Source: Torpedo marmorata
Lineage: Eukaryota
Length of the DNA stretch: 64,000 bases
NCBI GenBank assembly: GCA_977017645.1
Contig: OZ360238.1
Location: 5,890,001-5,954,000 of the forward strand
Reading direction: 5' to 3'
Both the position numbers and the translations under genes were made by a program. Under the pieces are notes generated by a model. It searched no databases. It had not been told where the DNA came from and saw only the letters and a list, made by a program, of their open reading frames with translations. Positions 49,250-61,357 of the stretch are shown here, piece by piece (position 1 is the stretch's first letter; each line of letters starts with the position of its first letter).

Positions 49250-50570
49250 ACTTGAATGCTGGGGGATCTCAGCAGGTCAGGCAGTGATCAGTGGAGAGCA
49301 ATAGAGCAGTGGGCAGTCAATGGTGTGGGCCTGAGCCCTTCATCAGGGATGCCAAAGATCTGGCAAATGCCTGAATAAGAAGGTGGGACGGGGAGAGGAT
49401 CACAGGTGATGCTGGTGGGAGGGGGACGAAAGGAAAGGAGCTGGAAGTGGATGGGGGAATGGGGGAGGTGGCAGGAAGGGAAGAGAGTGAGAGTTGGAGG
49501 AAGGGAAGCGTGGTGACAGGGGAAGGTAAAAGTGGCAAATGGAGTTCAATGTGGATAAGTGTGGTGATGCACTTTGGAAGTTTTGAACTTGAAGGTGGAG
49601 TACGTTGTTAATGGTAGGGGTCAACAGTGTGAAGAAAGAGAGAGATCTTGGGGTCCATGTCCATGGATCCCTCAAGGTTGCCATGCAAGATGATAGGGTG
49701 ATTAATATGGCGTATGGTGTGCTGGCTTTCATTGGTCAGGGAATTGAGTTAAAGAACCATGAGGTAATGTTGCAGCTCCATAAAACTCTGGTTAGACCAC
49801 ATGGAGTATTGTGTTCAGTTCTGGTCACTTCATTACAGGAAGGATGTAGATGTTTTGGAGAGGGTGCAGAGGAGATTCACCAGGATGTTGCCTGGATTAG
49901 AGAACATGACTTATGGAGCAAGGCCGACAGAGCTGGGGCTTTTCTCTGTGGAGCGATGAAGTATGAGGGGTGACTTAATAGAGATGTGTAAGATTGAGGG
50001 GCTTTGGTAGGCTGGAGAGCTAGATCCTTTTTTCTGGGGCAACACTTACAAATACTAGAGCATCTATGAGGACAATTTAGGGGAGATTTAAGGCAAGTTT
50101 TTACACAGAGAGTGGTGGGTGCCTGGAATGCATTGCTGGGGGTGGTGGTGGAGGCTGGTACAATAGGGGCATTCCAAAGGCTCTTGGATAGACACATGGA
50201 TGTAAGAAAAATAGAGGGTTATGGGTGTGAGGGAGGGAAGGGTTAGATTGTTGTGGAGTAGGTTTACATAGATCAGCACAACATCTTGGGCTAAAAGGCC
50301 TGTACTGTGCTGTGATGTTCTATGAAAGGAGTCAGAGGGATGAGAAAGTGGGGGGAGGGGGGAGAGGGAAAAAGAGAAAGGCAGGAGGGGTTAACAGAAA
50401 TTGGAAATCGATATTGATTGCTGTTTGGTTAGAGACTGCAGAGATGGAATATTAGGTGTTGTTCCTTCAATGCACAGGTGGTCTCAACATGAGGTAATGG
50501 ATAGACGTGTTGGTATGGGGATGGGGTGTGGAATTGGAGTGGCTAGTCACTGGGAGGTCCTCGCTGGGCG
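49250..50570 (-). mobile_element. Old Penelope-like fragment split by a plus-strand CR1 3' fragment (~49530-50325)
   Basis: 49250-49525 and 50325-50570 parallel 38290-38760. Minus-strand CTGATGA-AGGGCTCAGGCCC at ~49327-49347. CR1 ORF remnant 49605..49973. Confidence 0.65.
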
Positions 50571-52174
50571 GACCATTGGCAGCGCTCTCTCACCGGCTCT
50601 CACCATCACCCACCGGCACCCTATCACCCTCCACCTCCTGATCCCACTGTCGCACCAGGGGTATCACCTTCCCAGGAACTCCCCTCCCACCCCCACGGGC
50701 TCCAGTCTAGTACCACACCGCCCCCCCCCCCGTCCCCCGCAGTGTTACTGAGACTCCCAGTCCCTCCCGTCACTGCTCAGTGACCATTCACGGGTGGGCT
50801 AAGCCGGCACGTCAGGTCGTACTCCTGCCATCTCCAGTGACATGGATCAGTGGGTGTGGGCAAGGTCAGACAAACAGACAGTTCTCTCTGGAGCGTCGGA
50901 GGCTGAGTGGAGGTGTATAAAACAGTGAGAGGCATCGACAGGGTGTATTGTCAGAATCTTTTCCCCAGGGTAAAAGCGTCACACATGAGAGGACGTGCTT
51001 TTAAAGTGAGGAGGGGGGTGGATTTTAATGGGGATGTTTTTACAGAGCGCTGGGTGCCAAAAGCAGGCACAATTGTCATGTTTAAGGGGCATTCAGACAG
51101 GAATTGCAACACGGAGACAATGGAGGGATGGAACCAGGTGCAAACAGATGGGATTGGTTCAAGTTGGCACCATGTTGGAGCAGAATTAGGCCATTCGGCC
51201 CATCGAGTCTGCCCTACCATTCCATCATGGCTGATTTACTCCCCTTTTCAACCCTCTTCTCCTGACTTCTCCCCATAACCCTTGATTCCCTTTCTGATCA
51301 AGTACGTATCCCCCTCCACCTTAAATATCCCCAAAGACATGGTCCCCCACAGCCATCTGCAGCAATGAATTCTGCAGATTCATCACCCTCGGGTGAAGAA
51401 ATTCCTCTGTTCTTTCTGTTCTAAAAGAAAAATCTGTTCTAAAGAGCTTTTTTTGTATTTCTGAGGCTGTTCCCTCTGGTTCCAGACTCCCACACCATAG
51501 GAAACATCCTGTCCACGTCCACTCTATCAAGGCCTTTCAGTGTTCGATGGGATCAATGGGATCTCCCCTCTTTCTTCTAAGCTCCATCGAGTACAGACCC
51601 AGAGTCTTCAAACGTTCCCTTTTACTCCAGGGATCATTCTTGTGAACCTCCTCTGGACCCTCTCCAGTACGAACAAATCCTTCTTTCGAAAAGGAGCTCA
51701 AAACTACTCACAATACTCGCTGCAGTCTGAACAATGCCTTATAAATTCGGGTGGCGTCTGTGTGGAAGTTTGCACGTGCTCCCTGTGAGGGTTTCCTCCC
51801 ACAAGCAGCACGGGGAGTACAGTGAGGTAAGGAGGGGGCATTGGACTGATGGGACTGGGACGGAGATAAGGGAGAAAATAACCCACTGGTTCTGAAGCAG
51901 TGGGTCAGGAGCTAATCCGGTTCAGTGTCAGATGTCGGGAGAAGTGGTGGCAACAGATACAGCAAGTGGACAGGAAGGGGTGGAGGGAACAGGCCAGGTG
52001 TTGTGGAGAATGCCACGTAACTCTGCATCCACTGCTGCTGGTGCGAGGATAACATTGGCAGTCTGAAGTGATCCATTCACCAGTGAGCTCTCCAGGGAGC
52101 TGGGGCTGTTCTTCCAGGGCGAGAGATGTGAGGAGTTGTGGCCACCTTGGCTAAGATGTTACATAAGATGTGGC

Positions 52175-52266
52175 AGGGTGAATGAGGAGACAGGAGAACA
52201 GGGAGAGGCTGTTACCTGTGACAGAGTGAATGAGGAGTCAGGCGAACGGGGAGAGGCTGTTACCTG
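52175..52266. repeat. Two detached units of the 48-bp minisatellite
   Basis: GAATGAGGAGACAGGAGAACAGGGAGAGGCTGTTACCTG units separated from the main array by an L1 fragment. Confidence 0.85.
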
Positions 52267-53152
52267 CCATGTTATAGCATTCATGACGCTTATGGCTAGA
52301 AGATCTATTTTGCTTAGGTGGAAAGATTCTATTCCGCCTACCTATGTCCAGTGGATGTGCCAAACTTTATCTTTTTTATATTTAGAGAAGATTAGATGTG
52401 CTATAATTGATAAGTTTGTCAGAAAGTGGCGCCCGTTTATGAATTTTTTTCATGATTCTTAAACCTGCTTTAATACGATATGTTTTATTATTGTCTTGTA
52501 GGGGCTCGCGACCTACTCCGCAGGACAACACAGTCGAACATGACGATCGCGCAGGCGGCGCGTGATCCAAACGGCCTGTTTCCATAGGCCACAACAGCAG
52601 GGAGGAAACAGGCCAATCCCCGACGACGGATCGTGGCCCGACCAATCCTGGTCGTCGCATCACAAGCCACGCCTCATCAGTGACGTGGCAGCCCGGCTGG
52701 GCCCGCCTGTAAATGCAGAGTCGACAGCAGAGTAGGGATCTCCTCTTGAACTCCAGTGACTAGAGCTATAACCGACTCGACACGCAGAGCTACAACCGTA
52801 GCGACGCGCTACAGCCTTTCCCTTCATGTTAACTATTTTCATTTATGTAACGGAACATTTTCTTGTTTATTACTGAATTTTAAGGCATCCCAACTTCTAA
52901 TTTTTAATTTTATTTTTTCTCTATTAGGCAAGGGGGTTAGATAACCTAATTTAGTTTAGTATTAGTTAGATAGTTCAGGATATATATCTTTTTTACTGTT
53001 TTTATTATCCAAACTACAGAGCTGTGGGGTATCAATTACTGTTTGTTAGGATGTATATCCGTTTGATTTATAATCTGTAACTTCGCATTCGATATATTAT
53101 GATTTTTTTTTGTGTGCTTAAACTAAATAAAAAGATTGGAAAAGAAAGAATA
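52267..53152 (+). mobile_element. Old L1 3' fragment inserted in the minisatellite
   Basis: VIAFMTLMARRSILLRWK...LYLEKIR...KWRPF (L1 ORF2 C-terminus), AT-rich UTR, AATAAA and A-rich tail. Confidence 0.8.
52497..52813 (+). mobile_element. CpG-rich solo LTR (317 bp)
   Basis: Termini TGTAG...CTACA. Imperfect 4-bp TSD GTCT/GCCT. Ends (TGTAGGGGCTCGCGA..., ...GCGCTACA) resemble the sense strand of the LTR at 477-4557. Confidence 0.72.
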
Positions 53153-56100
53153 AGGAGAACGGGGAGAGGGTGTTACCTGTGACGGAGTGAATGAGGAGAC
53201 AGGCGAACGGGGAGAGGTTGTTACCTGTGACGGAGTGAATGAGGAGACAGGCGAACGGGGAGATGCTGTTACCTATGACAGAGTGAATGAGGAGTCAGGC
53301 GAACGGGGAGAGGCTGTTACCTGTGATGGAGAGGTTGAGGAGACAGGCGAACGGGGAGATGCTGTTACCTGTGACGGAGTGGATGAGGAGACAGGCGAAC
53401 GGGGAGAGGCTGTTACCTGTGACGGAGTGAATGAGGAGACAGGCGAATGGGGAGATACTGTTACCTGTGACGGAGTGAATGAGGAGACAGGCGAACGGGG
53501 AGAGGCTGTTACCTGTGATGGACTGAATGAGGAGACAGGCGAACGGGGAGAGGCTGTTACCTGTGATGGAGTGGATGAGGAGACAGGCGAACGGGGAGAG
53601 GCTGTTACCTGTGATGGAGTGGATGAGGAGACAAGCGAACGGTGAGAGGCTGTTACCTGTGACGGAGTGAATGAGGAGACAGGCGAACGGGGAGAGGCTG
53701 TTACCTGTGATGGAGTGGATGAGGAGACAGGCGAACGGTGAGAGGCTGTTACCTGTGAAGGAGTGGATGAGGAGACAGGCGAACGGGGAGAGGCTGTTAC
53801 CTGTGATGGAGTGAATGAGGAGACAGGCTAACGGGGAGAGGCTGTTACCTGTGACAGAGTGAATGAGGAGACAGGCGAACGGGGAGAGGCTGTTACCTGT
53901 GACAGGGTGAATGAGGAGACAGGTGAACGGGGAGAGGCTGTTACCTGTGACGGAGTGAATGAGGAGACAGGCGAACGGGGAGAGGCTGTTACCTGTGACA
54001 GAGTGAATGAGGAGACAGGCGAACGGGGAGAGGCTGTTACCTGTGATGGAGTGGATGAGGAGACAGGCGAACGGTGAGAGGCTGTTACCTGTGACGGAGT
54101 GGATGAGGAGACAGGCGAACGGGGAGAGGCTGTTACCTGTGACGGAGTGAATGAGGAGACAGGCGAACGGGGAGAGGCTGTTACCTGTGACAGAGTGAAT
54201 GAGGAGACAGGCGAACGGGGAGAGGCTGTTACCTGTGACAGGGTGAATGAGGAGACAGGCGAACGGGGAGAGGCTGTTACCTGTGACGGAGTGAATGAGG
54301 AGACAGGCGAACGGGGAGAGGCTGTTACCTGTGACAGAGTGAATGAGGAGACAGGCGAACAGTGAGAGGTTGTTACCTGTGACGGACTGAATGAGGAGAC
54401 AGGCGAACGGGGAGAGGCTGTTACCTGTGACGGAGCGAATGAGGAGACAGGCGAACGGTGAGAGGCTGTTACCTGTGACAGGGTGAATGAGGAGACAGGC
54501 GAACGGTGAGAGGCTGTTACCTGTGACGGACTGAATGAGGAGACAGGCGAACGGGGAGAGGCTGTTACCTCTGATGGACTGAATGAGGAGACAGGCGAAC
54601 GGGGAGAGGCTGTTACCTGTGACGGAGTGGATGAGGAGACAGGCGAACGGGGAGTAGCTGTTACCTGTGATGGAGAGGATGAGGAGACAGGCGAACGGGA
54701 AGAGGCTGTTGCCTGTGACGTACTGAATGAGGAGACAGGCGAACGGGGAGAGGCTGTTACCTGTGATGGAGAGGATGAGGAGACAGGTGAACGGGGAGAT
54801 GTTGTTACCTGTGATGGAGAGGATGAGGAGACAGGCAAACGGGGAGAGGTTGTTACCTGTGATGGAGAGGATGAGGAGACAGGCGAACGGGGAGAGGCTG
54901 TTACCTGTGACGGAGTGGATGAGGAGACAGGCGAACGGGGAGAGGCTGTTACCTGTGATGGAGTGAATGAGGAGACAGGTGAACAGGGAGAGGCTGTTAT
55001 ATGTGACAGAGTGAATGAGGAGACAGGCGAACGGGGAGAGGCTGTTGCCTGTGACGTACTGAATGAGGAGACAGGCGAACGGGGAGAGGCTGTTACCTTT
55101 GATGGAGAGGATGAGGAGACAGGCGAACGGGAAGAGGTTGTTACCTGTGATGGAGAGGATGAGGAGACAGGCGAACAGGGAGAGGTTGTTACCTTTGATG
55201 GAGAGGATGAGGAGACAGGTGAACGGGGAGAGGCTGTTACCTGTGACGGAGTGAATGAGGAGACAGGCGAACGGGGAGAGGCTGTTACCTGTGATGGAGT
55301 GGATGAGGAGACAGGCGAACGGGGAGAGGCTGTTGCCTGTGAGGGAGTGAATGAGGAGACAGGCGAACGGGAAGAGGTTGTTACCTGTGATGGAGAGGAT
55401 GAGGAGACAGGCGAACGGGGAGAGGTTGTTACCTGTGATGCAGAGGATGAGGAGACAGGCGAACGGGGAGAGGCTTTTACCTGTGACGGAGTGAATGAGG
55501 AGACAGGCGAACGGGGAGAGGTTGTTACCTGTGACAGAGTGAATGAGGAGACAGGCGAACGGGGAGATGCTGTTACCTGTGATGGAGAGGATGAGGAGAC
55601 AGGCGAACGGGGAGAGGTTGTTACCTGTGACGGAGTGGATGAGGAGACAGGCGAACGGGGAGAGGCTGTTACCTGTGATGGAGAGGATGAGGAGACAGGC
55701 GAACGGGGAGAGGTTGTTACCTGTGATGGAGAGGATGTGGAGACAGGCGAACGGGGAGAGGTGGTTACCTGTGACGGAGTGGATGAGGAGACAGGCGAAT
55801 GGGGAGAGGCTGTTACCTGTGATGGACTGAATGAGGAGACAGGCGAACGGGGAGATGCTGTTACCTGTGATGGAGAGGATGAGGAGACAGGCGAACGGGG
55901 AGAGGCTGTTACCTGTGACGGAGTGAATGAGGAGACAGGCGAACGGGGAGAGGTTGTTACCTGTGACGGAGAGAATGAGGAGACAGGCGAATGGGGAGAG
56001 GCTGTTACCTGTGATGGACTGAATGAGGAGACAGGCGAACGGGGAGATGCTGTTACCTGTGATGGAGAGGATGAGGAGACAGGCGAACGGGGAGAGGCTG

Positions 56101-58101
56101 TTACCTGTGACGGTGTGAATGAGGAGACAGGCGAACGGGGAGAGGTTGTTACCTGTGACGGAGTGGATGAGGAGACAGGCAAACGGGGAGAGGTTGTTAC
56201 CTGTGACGGAGTGGATGAGGAGACAGGCGAACGGGGAGAGGTTGTTACCTGTGACGGAGTGGATGAGGAGACAGGCAAACGGGGAGAGGCTGTTACCTGT
56301 GACGGAGTGGATGAGGAGACAGGCGAACGGGGAGAGGTTGTTACCTGTGACGGAGTGGATGAGGAGACAGGCGAACGGGGAGAGGCTGTTACCTGTGACA
56401 GAGTGGATGAGGAGACAGGCGAACGGGGAGAGGCTGTTACCTGTGACAGAGTGGATGAGGAGACAGGCGAACGGGGAGAGGTTGTTACCTGTGACGGAGA
56501 GGATGAGGAGACAGGCGAACGGGGAGAGGCTGTTACCTGTGACGGAGTGGATGAGGAGACAGGCGAACGGGGAATGGCTGTTAACTGTGACAGAGTGGAT
56601 GAGGAGACAGGCGAACGGGGAGAGGTTGTTACCTGTGATGGAGAGGATGAGGAGACAGGCGAACGGGGAGAGGCTGTTACCTGTGACGGAGTGAATGAGG
56701 AGACAGGCGAACGGGGAGAGGCTGTTACCTGTGACAGAGTGAATGAGGAGACAGGCGAACGGGGAGATGCTGTTACCTGTGATGGAGAGGATGAGGAGAC
56801 AGGCGAACGGGGAGAGGTTGTTACCTGTGACGGAGTGGATGAGGAGACAGACGAATGGGGAGAGGCTGTTACCTGTGATGGACTGAATGAGGAGACAGGC
56901 GAACGGGGAGATGCTGTTACCTGTGATGGAGAGGATGAGGAGACAGGCGAACGGGGAGAGGTTGTTACCTGTGACGGAGTGGATGAGGAGACAGGCGAAC
57001 GGGAAGAGGTTGTTACCTGTGACGGAGTGGATGAGGAGACAGGCGAACGGGGAGAGGTTGTTACCTGTGACGGAGTGGATGAGGAGACAGGCGAACGGGG
57101 AGAGGCTGTTACCTGTGACGGAGTGGATGAGGAGACAGGCGAACGGGGAGAGGTTGTTACCTGTGACGGAGTGGATGAGGAGACAGGCGAACGGGGAGAG
57201 GTTGTTACCTGTGACGGAGAGGATGAGGAGACAGGCGAACGGGGAGAGGCTGTTACCTGTGACAGAGTGGATGAGGAGACAGGCGAACGGGGAGAGGTTG
57301 TTACCTGTGACAGAGAGGATGAGGAGACAGGCGAACGGGGAGAGGCTGTTACCTGTGACGGAGTGGATGAGGAGACAGGCGAACGGGGAGAGGTTGTTAC
57401 CTGTGACGGAGTGGATGAGGAGAGAGGCGAACGGGGAGAGGTTGTTACCTGTGACGGAGTGGATGAGGAGACAGGCGAACGGGGAGAGGCTGTTACCTGT
57501 GATGGAGAGGATAAGGAGACAGGCGAACGGGGAGAGGTTGTTACCTGTGAGGGAGTGGATGAGGAGACAGGCGAACGGGGAGAGGTTGTTACCTGTGACG
57601 GAGTGGATGAGGAGACAGGCGAACGGGGAGAGGTTGTTACCTGTGATGGAGTGGATGAGGAGACAGGCGAACGGGGAGAGGCTGTTACCTGTGACGGAGT
57701 GGATGAGGAGACAGGCGAACGGGGAGAGGTTGTTACCTGTGACGGAGTGGATGAGGAGACAGGCGAACGGGGAGAGGTTGTTACCTGTGACGGAGTGGAT
57801 GAGGAGACAGGCGAACGGGGAGAGGCTGTTACCTGTGACGGAGTGGATGAGGAGACAAGTCACCATGGAGAGTAGCTGTTACCTGTGACGGAGTGGATGA
57901 GGAGACAGGCGAACGGGGAGAGGCTGTTACCTGTGACGGAGTGGATGAGGAGACAGGCGAACGGGGAGAGGCTGTTACCTGTGACGGAGTGGATGAGGAG
58001 ACAGGCGAACGGGGAGAGGTTGTTACCTGTGACGGAGTGGATGAGGAGACAGGCGAACGGGGAGAGGCTGTTACCTGTGACGGAGTGGATGAGGAGACAG
58101 G
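53153..58101. repeat. 48-bp minisatellite, ~100 copies, derived from the slc38a8 exon 3' end and splice donor
   Basis: Plus unit GATGAGGAGACAGGCGAACGGGGAGAGGCTGTTACCTGTGACGGAGTG. Minus unit GCCTGTCTCCTCATCCACTCCGTCACAG|GTAACAGCCTCTCCCCGTTC. The last unit overlaps the exon at 58075-58101. Confidence 0.97.
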
Positions 58102-58189
58102 TCACCATGGAGAGTGTGCAGATGAGGACCCAGTGCCCCACTCTCTGGTTCTCCATGCGGCTGTAGATGGCCACACTCGCCTCGTGACA
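58075..58189 (-). CDS. slc38a8: SLC38A8-like, 115-bp coding exon (most 5' exon found in the window)
   Basis: Acceptor ctctgtgtgtgtgttgcAG, donor CAG|GTAACA. Encodes CHEASVAIYSRMENQRVGHWVLICTLSMVTCLLIHSVT(G), matching the SLC38A7/8 QCH...IY.SM....W...TG segment. CHEA favours SLC38A8. Confidence 0.92.
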
Positions 58190-58454
58190 CTGCAACACAC
58201 ACAGAGACGCAGGTCAGCGGCACAGCACTTCCATCTCCACCGCACTCCCCTCCCTGACTGCCTCCACTCCTATCCTGCGTCTAAGGAGACTCGTCCAGCT
58301 GTGGGCTGGGCAGGATGGTGCTTCATATGTAGGAGAGAAGCAACATGTTTAGATAGCATTTTCATCTTCCCAGATGAGGCTGTAGTGGAGCATGATGGCA
58401 TAATGTAAAATGATGATAGTAACGGATTGTCCCATATCGGGACAAAGACTATCC

Positions 58455-59957
58455 GTTGATAGCCGACATCCGAACATCATTCAAGAGGGTGAACCCTCAC
58501 AAGGCATCAGGCCATGATGGCGTACGTGGCCGGGTACTGAAAATCTGTGCCAACCAACTAGCTGGAGTGTTCACGGATATTTCAATCTCTCACTGCTGCA
58601 GTCGGAGGTTCCCACCTGCTTTAAAAGGGCATCAATCATCCCAAGAAGAGCAGAGTGAGCTGCCTCAACAACTATTGCCCGGTAGCACTAACATCTACTG
58701 TGATGAAATGCTTTGAGAAGTTGGTCATGGCCAGAATTAACATTTACCTCGCCAAAGGATTAGACCCACTGCAATTCACCTATTGTCACAATCGCTCCAG
58801 AGCAGATGCTATATCATTGGCTCTCCACTCTGCTCTCGAATAGAGCAACTCATACATACGGCTGCTCTTCATTGACTACAGCTCAGCCTTCAACACCATT
58901 ATTCCCTCAGTGCTGGTCAACAAGCTCCAAACCCTGGGCTGCTACACCCCCCGCTGCAACTGGATCCTTGACTTCCTCATTGGAAGACCACAGTCAGTAC
59001 GAATTGGAAACAATGTCTCCTCCTCACTGACGATCAACACAGGCACACCTCAAGGATACGTGCTTAGCCCACTGCTCTACGCACTATACACCCATGACTG
59101 TGTAGCCAGGCACAATTCCAATGCCATCTACAAATTTGCTGATGACACCACAGTTGTCGGCAGAATCACAAATGGCAATGAGGAAGCGTACAGGAGGGAG
59201 ATAGATCAGCTCGTTGAGTGGTGTCACAACAACAACCTTGCACCCAATGTTAGCAATACCAAGGAGATAATTGTGGACTTCAGGAGGAAGTCAGGAGAAC
59301 ACGATCCAGTCCTCATCGAGGGCTCAGTAGTGGAGAGAGTCAAGAACTTAAAATTCCTGGGTGTCTGTCCTGGAGCCTCCAAGTCGATGCAATCACCAAG
59401 AAGGCTCGCCAGCGGATACACTTTGTGAGGAGTTTGAAGAGATTCAGTATGTCACTGAAGACTCTCAAAATTGTCTAACCATATAACCATATACAGGTGT
59501 ACAGTGGAGAGCATTCTGGCTGGTTGCATCACTGCCTTGGTATGGAGGTGCCAACGCTCAGGACAGGAAAAAACTCCAGAGGGTTGTTAACTCGGCCTGT
59601 GACATCACAGGCACCAAACTTCACTCCATCGAGGCCATCTACAAGAGGCGGTGTCTTAAAAAAGCAGCCTCTATCCTCAAAGACCTCCCACCACCCAGGC
59701 CATGTCCTCTTCAATCTACTACCATCGGGAAAAACGTACAGGAGCCTAAAGACGAGCACTCTGTGGCACAAGGACAGCTTCTTCCCCGCTGCCATCAGAT
59801 TCCTGAATAATCAATGAACCAAAGACACTGCCTTACTTTGACTTTTTCTTGCACTATTTTTTTTAGGTAGCTTGTATAAATGTTTTACTGTGATGCTGCT
59901 GCAAAACAATGAATTTCATGACATGTTCATGACAATAAATTCTGATTCTGATTCTGA
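58455..59957 (+). mobile_element. Rex1/Babar-type LINE, 5'-truncated and degraded
   Basis: ORFs 58456..58716, 58655..58843 and 58910..59428 ([13 protein letters not shown]). AATAAA followed by an (ATTCTG)n tail. Confidence 0.88.
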
Positions 59958-60302
59958 ATATCATGCACTGGAGGACAGAGAGTGAGGGTGAGTGGGGAAC
60001 GTTTAAAGGAGTTTTACCCAGTTTGTTTTTGAACAGAGTGGTGCGTGCCTGAAGGCAGGCACAATAGTGGTGTTAAAGAGGCATTTAGAAGCACCTGAAC
60101 AGGTAGTGGGTGTGGGGGAAATAGACCCTGTGCAGGGAGGGGGTGTGGGCAAGTGGGATCATGCATAGGGAAGGGGTGGGGGGTGGAATGTGTGTACGGA
60201 GGGAATGGGGTGAGATAGACTCCATGCAAGGAGGGGATGTGCGGGGAGATGGATGGTGTATAGGGAAGGGTGGGTGGGGATGGACCATGATGGAGATGGA
60301 GA

Positions 60303-60925
60303 TAGCATTCATTTCGAGAGGAATACAAAATAAGAGCAGGGATGTGATGTTGAAGCTTTATAAGGCACTGGTGGGAACTCACTTGGAGTATTGTGAGCAG
60401 TTTCTGGCTCCTCATTTAAGAAAAGATGTGCTGACGTTGAAGAGGGTTCAAAGGAGGTTCACAAGGATGATTCCGGGAATGAAAGGGTTGTCCTACGAGG
60501 AGCATTTGCCTGTATTCGTTGGAATTTCGGAGAACGAGGGGGGATCTCATGGAAACATTTCGAATGTTGAAAGGCATGGACAGAGTAGATGTAGAAAGGT
60601 TGTTTCTCATGGTGGGAGAGTCTAGGACAAGAGGGAACAACTTCAGGATTGAACCACTTAGAACAGAAATGCGTGGGAATTCCTTCAGCCAGAGCGCGGT
60701 GAATCTGTGGAATTTGTTGCCACAGGCGGTTGTGGAGTCCAGGTCATTGGGTGTATTTAAGGCAGAGATTGATAGGTTCTTGATTAGCCAGGGCATCAAA
60801 GGTTATGGGGAGAAGGCCGGGTAGTGGGGCTGAGTGGGAAAATGGATCAGCTCATGATTAAATGGCGGGGCAGACTCGATGGGCTGAATAGCCTATTTCT
60901 GCTCCTATGTCTTATGGTCTTATAG
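60303..60925 (+). mobile_element. CR1 3' fragment
   Basis: AFISRGIQNKSRDVMLKLYKALV...RVQRRFTRMIPG and a CR1 tail like the one at 34577-34747. Confidence 0.85.
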
Positions 60926-61357
60926 TGTTTAGGGAGGGGGGGTGGGAGGATGGACGAAGTGTAGGGAGACTGTGTACGGGGGAGATGGATTGTGTGTAGA
61001 GAGGGGGTGTGCGGTGAGTTGGATCGTGTGTAGGTTTGGGACGTGGGGGGAGATGGACCGTGTGAGGTGATAGGGTTTGGGTGGAGATGGAATGTGTGCA
61101 GGGAGAAGGGAGACAGGAATTGAGTGTCTGTAAGGTGGGGATGTGGGGGAGATGGACTGTGTGTGGGGAGGGGGTGTGTGGGGAAATGAACCGTGTGTCA
61201 GTAGGGGTGTGAAGGGAGATGGACTGCATGTAAGGAAGGGATGTTGGGGAGATGGACTGTGTGTAAGATGGGGTGTGAGGGGCGTGCGTGTTGGTCTGCG
61301 TGAAGGGAGGTGGTGTGGGAGGACATGGACCGTGTGTAGGGAGGGGATGTGGCATGA

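Noticed and set aside
53295-57888. Giant repetitive ORFs (1523, 1082, 816 and 333 aa) as novel proteins
   Set aside because: They follow from a 48-bp unit that is a multiple of 3. In the 1523-aa frame only one codon of the consensus unit (TGT) is a single change from a stop, so staying open needs no selection.
53153-58101. CRISPR array
   Set aside because: Head-to-tail repeats with no unique spacers, no cas genes and a eukaryotic context. The same applies to 33772-34428 and 63500-64000.
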